Below are positions 26,701 to 37,800 of a stretch of 64,000 nucleotides of DNA, piece after piece; the stretch's first letter is position 1, and the number at the start of each line of letters is the position of its first letter. Source of the DNA: Bugula neritina (lineage: Eukaryota; Animalia; Bryozoa). The translations under genes and the position numbers were made by a program. Where the stretch lies: assembly GCA_964035545.1 (NCBI GenBank), contig OZ037768.1, positions 6,356,741-6,420,740 of the forward strand. Reading direction: 5' to 3'. The notes below the pieces were generated by a model that ran no database searches, was not told where the DNA came from, and saw only the letters and a program-made list of their open reading frames with translations.

Positions 26701-28341
26701 TGGAATATTAATAGGTGTTCGATCAAAAAACAGTTATGCTAATATGTGTGATATTTGATACCGGCTATGTTGCTGGTAGATTAACTAGTAAGTTGGCATG
26801 ACTATATTATACTAAAATCTAGATATAGATTATCATGTACAAACTGAAGGTATTTTGCCAATAAAAGTCAATCACCTTTACAATAAGTTTTTGAGCTTAC
26901 TATGACAATCTACTAGCTTACTTATGAAATTTGAATATACCGCAACTGTAACTGTGTACTTCTCTGGTTGTAAGGATTATGCTAATCAGAATATAGCAAC
27001 AGAATAGCACTCTCAAAGGTTAAGTTCATTCTACATATAAGCTATAATAGTACGCAAATATCTATTCGATTCATTTCTTCAACTTCTGTTCTACAATCTA
27101 AACTAAGGCTACTAATTTTGATATTTACAATATGGTGGATGTTTACACTCTTATTGTAAACATACTACTACATGATGTCTTATTGCCAACACTAAATATT
27201 GTCCCATATAGAAGGTACTTACAAAATTTCCATAAATTGGAGAGGTTATAAATATAATGAGCTGGAAGACACCGAACACAAGGCCTACTTCGGCACTGCT
27301 TGCACCTTTCTTAGCTGCCTCCGATGGATAGAAAGGAGCCAATATACTAAATGATATCGTCTGAGATATGTTCATAAGTGATAGAGTCACTGCTGTTAGG
27401 ATTTGCTGCCTTGTCCATCCTGTTTTAGTTTCAGTTTCTGCTACATCTGAAATCCGACAATGAGAAAGTAAAGCTTCCATGAAAAATAATAAGCAAGTCA
27501 ATGTTCAGCTTAGCTGAAGCAACTGGGTCTACCTAATAATTTCATATAAAATTCAATTTAGGAAGAAATTGAATTCTTTTTACATTTATGGCACTCAATT
27601 CGGTAGGTGAAGAGTGAAATTTGGCCAAAGTTGAGTTAACATTAATTATTAACTAACAAAAAGAAATATCCAAGTTACAAATACCTAGCTATACAACCCA
27701 ATCTGTTCCAAATTTACTCCGCCTATCAAAAAATAATTGTTGCTGGTTGATTTGTCTCAACAATTTTCTAGTCTAACTAAATACAGGGTGTCCGGCAATA
27801 ATGGCACAGGTAATGATGGCACACATGGAGAAGTAGGTAAAAAGGCACATTTTCAATATTGCGGTTTGGGGTTTATTTTCTGTGCCATTTTTACCTGTGC
27901 CATTTATACCTGAAATCAAACACTGAGCTCAGCTTGCTGTTGCTATAGTCATGGCTTGCACTAGTGCTTTGTTTACTTTAGTGAAAGATTAGAGGAGAGT
28001 GGGCTTATTGAGATATTCATTTCAATAATATATGTTAATCAGCTAGAAAAATCTTCAGCAAGCAATTAGCTCATAAAGCATGTTTGCAGTTGAAAGAAGT
28101 AGGTGCAGTAATGGGAAAAAAATTGAGAAAAGCCAGTGTTCTAGATGAGAAATGTAGCAAAAGAAATTATGTTCTCACGAGAATTTAAAAGTTCTCAAAA
28201 TATATCCACTATGGCAACTAAACGAGTTTAGATTTTAGGTGGTCATAGCTTACCTGTGGAAATATTTTGAATTTGTGCATTAGTCTCTGGGGGCTCTCCA
28301 TTCTCGACTCCATTTAATAATGGAGTTTTCTCTGATGCCAT
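20790..28341 (-). CDS. SLC18B1: MFS-type transporter SLC18B1-like (vesicular polyamine transporter family), paralogue A, 12 coding exons
   Basis: Exons 28254-28341 (MASEKTPLL...), 27223-27446 (SILAPFYPSEAAKKGASSAEVGLVFG), 26354-26427, 25553-25700, 25176-25244 (GTLEIFSGLGMVLGPSLGG), ~23829-23916, ~23341-23481 (FLDPTFSP), ~22631-22730, ~22269-22370, ~21607-21699, ~21175-21341 (EDNLQTYGL...GGFVGP), 20790-20921; open frame with GT-AG sites. Confidence 0.92.
27786..27917. mobile_element. Small foldback/MITE-like element built from ~15-bp GGCACA subrepeats
   Basis: Left arm GGTGTCCGG followed by GGCACA units; right arm inverted TGTGCC units ending CCTGAAATC. A related left arm is at 51711-51807. 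Confidence 0.65.
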
Positions 28342-31300
28342 CTGTTACTAGAGATCACGAAAAGATTATAATACTATTATAAGATATAGTATATGATACT
28401 ACTGGTACTAAAGCTATTAAAAGAAAATTAAAGACACTGCAGTCCTCACTTTTTATGCGTATGGCATGAGCAAGTAATTTGTTGGTCTTTATCCAAACTT
28501 GTAAATTATAAGTATATAGTAGAAAAATAGCAGGTCCATCATGCATTTGAATTCGCAATTTTACCTGCAGCTATTTGAAAAGATAGATTTTGTTTGAAAA
28601 AACATTAAAAATAGTCATGCAGTCCTAATCACTGAATACAGAACGAATCGAAGCATATTAGTCAATTCTGTTCTGAGAACAAGTAGAAACTGGAATTAAT
28701 CTTCCATAAACTCAATGATCAGATGTACTGAGTAATCGAATAAGCTTACCGCTCTATCCGTTTGATAAGCTTGACTGCCTACGAGTTGTGAGATTGCTCG
28801 CCCGCTAGTACAGTTGGCTGAACTGCTCAATTGCGCCGATAATCACTGCTTATAAAACAAATAAATGCTAATAATTACTATATTGCACCACTGTGAGAAA
28901 AGTGCCCAGCCAATCACTACGAAGTATTCTATCTTCATGATCATCTAGTGGAGGACTAAAAATCCATATATAGCATTATAATTATTATGTAGCAAAGGTT
29001 CTTGTAGAACGTAGAATAACGTAGCCATGTACTGCATGTAGACGGCATGTAGTTGGAGTGTGTACATGTATATACTGCATTATGCTTGTAGTACCTCTGA
29101 AAAGACCCAGTCTATAAACAGAAGGCAATTATTGATACTTATACAATAGATCTATTAGATGTCATTAGCTAACATAAAACAATCTACTTAACCATAAACT
29201 TGTTTTTAGCCACAAGTTGAGTTTCTAGGCACTAATGCTTTTTAAAAGCACATTTGAAAACCGTTGAGTCTCTCACTACTATTTATTAATAAAGTTAATA
29301 TGAGCAAGTTCAAGAGCACTCTTAACTTTATATGATTACACAGTTCTTGTACTATATATAACCTGTATTTAAGATAAAAACAAATCAATATTTTTCCAAC
29401 AGTCTAGGTATATTTTGTATAAAGTTGTTTAGTTTGAAACACAAAGTTAGCTAGATATTTTAAAGGTGACAATTCAATATAATTAGAGTAAATCAATGAG
29501 AACTTAACTATATGCTCGTTTGCTATAAGAAGCTAAAATTTGCTAAGTTCTCCAAACATTATTTTACATGCACATTTCAAAATATGAGGGAGCTGAGGGG
29601 GGTGGGTTAATTGAATAGTTAATTTACATAGTATGCATTAAACAGCATGCTGACTAATTTTATTATGACAAGTTATAAGAACCATCTAGATTCTAGAGCA
29701 TAACACATTCCTTTCATTTATTATATTAAATTTATGTCTTTTGTTAGAATTGTGAGAATGCATGCCTGAACAAGCCATTTTGAAAATGAAAAATAAGATA
29801 CTTTCTTATATAGCCAAACCTCTTAAGAAGTGAATATTATAACCAAAATTCATTTTTCCAATCACGAAAATTCCAACAGAACATTCCCAAAGATCACAGC
29901 TAAAGTTGAAAGGAAATGCTACAGCATCCATTTGCAGTAGTTGGGAACAAGTCTTATATAGATTAGAGTTATAGGGCATCAATTAAGCAAGACATTTACA
30001 TCAATTATATTTATGTGTTGAATAACTTGCATATTCTCACAACTGTCCATCACTTTTAAAAGCCAACTAAGTATATAATAACATTTTATTGTAGAATAAT
30101 TATATCATAGAAGCAGCTTAACATATCATTAAAAATTTGGGCTGTTATAAAAGAGCAAACATCCTTAACTCTATAATATCTTGTCTTACAACCTGCATTG
30201 CCCTTACTTATCAAAGAAGCTTTAAAATCTGCGTTCTATAAAAAATATTTGTAAAAAATACTTTTCATTAAAACTACAACCTGTGCCCTCCCCCCCCCTC
30301 CCCCAAAGTGAAATATAAGTAATACTTGATTGAACTACTGAAATTCCTCTTTTGTAGTTGTAGACGTTGCAGTTGTAACGGTACTTGCCGTAAAGCCTGG
30401 TTGTAGTATAACTTCTAGAACCGCAACTTTATGAGATAAATTAGAAAGCCTTGCTGAAGAAAAAGTATAGCTTTATTTTTTATAATTACTGCTGCTTGAA
30501 AAAAGTTTACTATAAAGTTGCGCTACAGAAATGCTTTAATATTTATAATTTATTTAGATGTGAACAAGTACTGAAATACTGCTGCACTAACGGCTAGAGA
30601 GTTGGTGCTGCAAGGTTCATACCCTAATATTAGGATAGTATTTGTTTATTGCTCAACTTATATATGTTAACATATAATATTTTCCTTCAATTAGAAACTT
30701 TCTTCTATCAAACTTCTAAAATTTTTGAATCAATTATCTGAATTAGTCATTGTGGAAACGTCAATAGTAAGGTTATTACTTGACTATACTCTCACGCCAC
30801 ATAAATTAAATGACATCTTTTCAAAAGCCAAACCAAACTACAACTCTACAATGTAACTATTATGGGAGTTCTACTGTTGTAGCTGACGGCCATAAGAAAA
30901 GTAACAGCAGGGTAGAAGGAGCAGCAGCTTTAATGGGAGATGCATTGTAATAACAAGTCGAGTTAAAGTCGAATTTAAACCTCATGACAACCAAAATTGT
31001 TTTTCCAACAATTAATCGCGGATACTGAAATATAGCCAATGTTATCTTTGAGAAGTATTGCTTCGTATTTAAATTCTTACTTATGTATTCATGTAAATCA
31101 AACAAATGTAAATTTAGAACAATATTTGCTGTACCAGGAAAAGGACACCAATATTATTTGTTACAAATCCAGACTTTATTAGAAAATATCAATCAGGTTA
31201 TTGTTTAAAATCCAATTATGCACTGAAAAATATCATCAACTCATCTTAACTCACCCGAACACTACTTACCAGGCACAAATATCAAGTAGCAATAAGCTTG

Positions 31301-31807
31301 AAATACTATAAGTTTCGATACATGAATAGATAATAATTTGAAAATTTGGAGATCAGTAAAAATTTACAATAAAATAGAACACAAGAAGCACCAATCAAAA
31401 AGTGTTTGATTGAAGAGTAAATGTCAACACATTGAATAAAAACCCACTAGCTAGTAGTACAAGACTGGCAGCGTAAAGACTGGCTAACAAGATATAGGAA
31501 TTTGAGAAAGGAGTAACGAAATCATAATATCTTTAATAAAATTTGACAAAGAAAACAGTGAAAGTATAATTATAATCAACACTAGTGATTGACATTACAA
31601 ATTTGAGCAAAAACATAGCATAAAGAGAAGTCAAAAAATAATACAACAAAAAACCTACATTAATCTATACTGAGCAATAGAGTATTACCCCATTATAAAG
31701 TCAGGCTATACTTACAGTAATCACAACTCAACTAAATACAACAAAAGTGACTAAAAACTATAGGATATTCACTACACAATATTATGCGTTGGGATTATGA
31801 GTTGATA

Positions 31808-34800
31808 CTATGCATTAATAGAACCGTACAGTTTATTATTGGATGAAGTAGCATTGATAGAGGTAGTTTCTTCAGGTGATTCGTCAGGATCTGGAATAGG
31901 CCACTTTCCTTGGGACTTCATAGTTAATACATATATCAGCATGGTGAGGCCCTTCACAAATATAAAGAATAAATTAATATGTACTGCAGTGTTTGACTTC
32001 CAGCATAAGTAGCACCAACCACAGCCTGCAGGTTGTCTATACAGCACATGTTAGAGCATACAGTTGTGAAATAACAAATAACTTAGGCATTGCTGTATTC
32101 AAAAAGCACAGAAATGCACCAAATACACTATATAGATAAATTGGGTGTGAACATTTGTGACCAGTCGCGACAAAACCGGGGATGTGGCGGCGTTTATAAA
32201 GTGTAGTAAATGAAGGTTTAATTTGGAAATACTTAAATTTGAAATTAATTTCCAGTTTTTAGGTTTTGAACTTTTCTAATACAAAAAAATCCAAGGATTT
32301 CAAAAATCATACTTTCGCAAGCATTTGATAATTCCTTCAGCTCCAAAATTGCATTTAAAGTTGGTAACTAAGGCATTCAATTTTTTAAATGACGAAAAAA
32401 TTGCGAAGTTATCAAATAAAGAAAGACGACAATTTTAGTCATTTTCATAGCGTGAGATCTTGCAAATTTATTTTTTGTCAAATGAATTTAGGTTACACCT
32501 CTTTATTTGCATTGTCAGAAGCATCGTATTTGAAATCGCAGGCTAGTTTTAGTTTTTCATCGTGCTCCATCCAAAGTTAGCTTTTAAGTTACTGAGCTGT
32601 TTTGCCCTTTGGTGATAAATGCTAAACTTAATTTTTATCTTTAGCGTTCAAGCTTGAAAATCACAACAATGCAGGTAATTATACTCAAAACCATCCTTTA
32701 CGCTACTAACTTAGAATTGTTGCCAGGATTATTTGTAGTTATCAATTTATTAATATTCATACTATCACTAGGAGTATCAGTATGTCTATTCCTATTCTAT
32801 ACTACTACTACTACTAGTAACTATTTAAATGACTCTCACTATGACTCACAGTTTGAGGTACGGTTACTCATAATGAATATCATTCATGATTTACTGATAC
32901 TGGTATTTGGCAGTAAAACCAAATGTAGCTCATTAATATTAATAGTATAACTATAAGTAATAATTAATAATTATAAATTCACTATTTGAGTCTGACTCTG
33001 ACTCTGAGTTTCGCCTTCGGTCTTAAAACTTAATACTTATACTGATAGTATTATATTTATTGATTTATTCTATAGTTGTTATTTAAATTTACATTGGACT
33101 TATTCTTAGTAACTTTTAGCCTCTGTCTTGGATTTTGTGAATACAGTTACTGATTACTATTACTATTACTATTAGTATTAACATTAGGCCTACTAGTTAA
33201 TACTAGTAGGCCTAATGAAATATTAATGCGAGTTCATGGTGATTCTATAGTTGACTGACTTAGTTCTTCAGTAAGTTACTTTTAGTATTATTTAGTGAGT
33301 AGTAACACTAACTGAATGCATAAATAGTCTAAACTTTTTAATTTCATTATAAAGGATGAGCAAAAGTTTATTCATATTTTAAAGTAATTTATTGAATTTA
33401 AATTGATTTTATAGTAAATGTCTTTAATATATTCAGTTGCATTTAGCTAGCTTTTTTTATTCAATTAAATGCCTGAGTGGTTAATAGTTATCGAAAAACA
33501 TTGCTTCAAAATTGCCAATTGCAGATATGCTAGATATTCAAGTGCATAATGTGTAATTTTACTGATAATACTATGTTAATTGTCACAAAACTGTTGATAG
33601 CAGTGTGACGAGTTCGAAAAGTCTGGTAGTCAGAAGTGTATAGACAAGTAGCATACAGCTTGCTAATCCAGTTGTGAGTAAATAGAGTTGTGAATATAAG
33701 TAGACTTTATTCCTTTAGTAAGATATGCACAGATGAATTAATAAAAATGAACTGATTCGTAAACACAACTGCCTCAGTATTTATAGTAAACAAAACACTC
33801 TAGAACATTCTCAAGCATTCCAGTATAGAAGATTCTAGTAGAAAACATTCTCCACATGCCAATACTATTTATAGAAAATCAAAACAAAACAAAACATTGG
33901 AATTTCCATGGTTATTTCGCAATTATTGCGCAATACCTTGTTTACATTGCTGGGCAGTAGTTAACATGACTAACAGTAACAATGAACAATGACCCATCTC
34001 TTTGATTAGTCTAGAATATTTATGAACATTCCTGTATAATCATTAGGAAAAACCCGGTAAGTCTATTTATAGGTATATGTACACTCAGAATTTGTGACAA
34101 CCCCCCATTCTAAGAGAAATTATCTTAATAATTTCTCCTTACTACTTAAAATTCTGAGTCAATTCGGCTTAGATAATCGGCTCCAACATTGTCCTTTCCT
34201 TTGATTGACTCCACCTTGATTCTGAAGTTCTGTAAATACATAGCCCATCTCATCACTCTGCTGTTCTCAAATTTGGCCTGGTTGATGTACACCAGCGGTT
34301 GGTGATCAGTCTGCAGCACGAACTCCACACCATATAAATATTGTAGATATTTCTTGATCGCCCATATCACAGCTAAGCATTCCTTCTCTATGGCTGAGTA
34401 GTTTCTCTCTCGGTCTAGTAATTTCCTACTTGCGTAGCTCACAGGGAACAGCTTTCCATCCTGAGGCTGCATCAGCACTGCCCCTAGCCCAACATCTGAT
34501 GCATCCGTCCTTAGCACAAACGGTTTGTGTACATCTGGCAATTTTAAAATTGGTGCACTTGTCAGCATTGTTTTTAAGCTGGTATACGCCTTCTCTTGTG
34601 GTTCCTGCCATTTGACTTTCTTTGGTTCTCCCTTCTTTGTTAAATCTGTTAGTGGACTCGCTATGGTTGAATAATGAGGGATATATTCTCTGTAGTAACT
34701 AGTAAGTCCAATGAACGATCTCACTTGCGTCTTATTGGTTGGCCTTGGCGCAGCCCTAATTTTCTCAATGTTGTCATCCATTGGTTTAATTTCACCCCTG

Positions 34801-37800
34801 TAAAGTTTATGTCCGATGAACTCCATGTTTGTTCCTCCTACTCTACATTTACTTGGTCTAACGGTAAGTCCAGCTGTGGCAAGTCGGCTGAAAACTTCTG
34901 TTAGCATCTTAACGTGTTCTTCCCAACTTTCCGTGTGCACTAGAATGTCATCAATGTAGTTGTCCACTCCTTTCAGATTTACAAAAAGTTTTCTCAACCC
35001 TCTCACCAGTGTCGCTCCAGAGTTAACCATCCCAAATGGCATCTTGATGAATTCATAATGTCCATCTGGTGTCACAAATGCAGTTTTAGGAATATCTTCT
35101 TTCTTCACTGGTATTTGCCAATATCCCTTGGATAAATCAAGTTTGGTAAAGTATTTATCTTTACTGAGCTTTCGGAAAACGTCATCTGTTTTCACCATTG
35201 GTTCAGGATCGAATACTGAGACTCGGTTTAGTTTGCGATAGTCTATACAAATCCTGTTGCTTCCATCTGGCTTCTTTACTATCACCGTTGGTGAGGCGTA
35301 GGGAGAGGTAGATGGCCGAATAACACCCATCTTCAACATGTCCTCGATGTCCGCCTTGAGAGTTTCTCTTACCCTGTAGGGCAATCCATATGGTTTGGAT
35401 TTCACTGGCTCATCAGTCGTGAGCTCGATAGAATGTTCTATTCCCGTTGCATTTCCTGGCAAGTCACTGAAGATACCTTCAAACTTTCTTAGTAACTCCT
35501 CCAGCTGTCTTCTTTGCTGATTCTCCAGCTCTTCACCCAGAATGACATCTTTGGTTGTTTCTGTCTGCTGTTTCTTACTGTACAGGTCCAACAAATCATC
35601 TTGGCCTTCTTCTCTTTCCACATCATGATCAATAATTCCAGTACCAGCAGCATCTAAAGTCATCACAGCTCCAACAGTCATAGGGTCGGTAGGCGTCTCC
35701 CGCTCAAAATATTTCTTCAGCATGTTGGCATGGTATGTTCTCCTCTTGCCTCTAATGTTGATAATGTAGTCATTCAGTCTGACTTTCTCCTCAATATTGA
35801 ATGGTCCTTGCCAATGCATCAGCAATTTATTTCCATCCGTAGGTAGAAGAATGAGCACTTTGTCACCAGGTCTGAAGTCTCTCTGCTTAGCTTTCTTGTC
35901 AAAATAGTGTTTGTATCTTTTTTGACTGTCTTTTAGCGAAGCTAGCGCCATTTCCATCATGTCATCTAAACGCTCTCTCAATTCAAAAACATGTTGATAG
36001 CAGGTCTTGACTTCATCGGCAGTGTCTTCTTTTGTCCAAAGTTGTCGCAGGATGTACATTGGTCCACGTACAGTTCTTCCATAGAGTAACTCGAATGGGG
36101 CGAAGCCTGTTGATTCCTGTGGGACTTCTCTATATGCAAATAGAGCTGCATTGATGAACCGATGCCACTGTCTTGGTTCTTTAGCACACAACTTTTTTAA
36201 CATACTCTTGAGGGTTCCGTTGAACTTTTCCACAAGTCCATTGGCCATTGCATGGTATGGTGAGGTAGGAAGTTGTCGCATGTCAAGTAATCTGGTAAAC
36301 TCTTTCATGTAGTCCGAGATGAATTGAGTTCCTTGGTCGCTTATCACCTCCTCTGGTATCCCAACACGACTGTATATGTCAAGCAGCGCTTCAGCTACAG
36401 TAGCTGAGTCAATGTTCTTCAATGGTGTAGCTTCAGGATATCTTGTAGCATAGTCAACTAAAGTTAGGATGTAGCGGTGTCCTTTCTCACTTGGAGGGTT
36501 AATTGGTCCGATTAGGTCTATTGCACATCTCTTGAATGGGGTGTCAATTAGTGGAGTTTCCTGTACTGAAACTTTCATGACTGAGCCTTTTTTCACCGTC
36601 TTCTGGCAAATGTCACATGATTGACAGAAACGTACGACATCTCCGTTTAGTCCTGGCCAGAAGAAGTTGGAAAGCACTCTATCAGTGGTTTTCTTTACTC
36701 CTAGGTGTCCGCTCATTATGCAGTCATGAGCTTTTTGTAGAACTTCCTTCCTCAGTGAACTGGGTACCATGAGTTGTTTAACAGGTTTTACACTGGCAGA
36801 CTTCGAGTCGGTGTACTCACGGTACAGAATCTTATTCCTCACCACAAACCTAGTGGTGCATCCCTTTTTCTCCTTCACTTCTTTTGCATCGAAGAAACGC
36901 TCCAATGTGGGGTCATCCCTCTGCAGTCTGGCTATTTCATCTTTCCCTATACTTAATGGGTTAGTATTTGAATCAATCTTCAGTGGTTTGTCTCCTGACT
37001 TTTCCTTGACAGCCTGAGCTCTTGTGGTTACGGCGCAGTCCTTCCAGTTTTCCAGTGGCTGGTCAGCTGATCTCGCTCCATCCACATTCCCAATAAGCAG
37101 GTCACAAATCGTCTTGTCCATTACTGCAGCTTTGACGACACCATTGTAAAATGGTGAGCGCACTGAGATAAGTGCCCACTGAGCCTCTCTAACACTTGCA
37201 TCAGCCATATTCAGATAAACTGATTCTCCAGTTAAATGTTGAGGTTGCACATACTTTGCATTGACTACAATGCAACCACAGCCGGTGTCGCGCATTACAG
37301 TAGCTCGTTGGCCATTAACTTCCGCATCAAATATCGCTGTGCCCCCATCTTTGAATTTAGGTCCATTCTTGCAGACAGCAGCGTTGACAAACTTTTTACC
37401 ATTAACTGTGATTTCCGTAGGTTCTTCCACTTTAGATGAGATTCCTGGATCTGTGACCCCAGTCTTATTCTGAGTAGTCGCTATTGCAGCAGCAGCATGC
37501 ACTGACCTTCCACCATACTTTTTGCAGTCTGAAGTATTGTGGTTGTTCATCTTGCAATGTGAACAGTACTTCTTCCCTCGTCGTGGGCAATTACGAGCAA
37601 TGTGTGACTTATCTTTGCAGATGAAGCATGCCCCATCGCTTTTACTTCCTTGTTCAGCATTCATGCTACCGGCAGGTGTGTTTTCCATCCTTTTTGTATT
37701 AGTTTTCTTAGTCTTTGCTAGTTTTCTTCCACGGGCGTGCAAAAACAGTGACGCTGCATCACACATATCCTCACTGCTGTTGTAGGAACTTTGCTTTAAA

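Noticed and set aside
34426-37785. Short alternate-frame and antisense ORFs within gag-pol
   Set aside because: Shadows of the long ORF with no independent motifs
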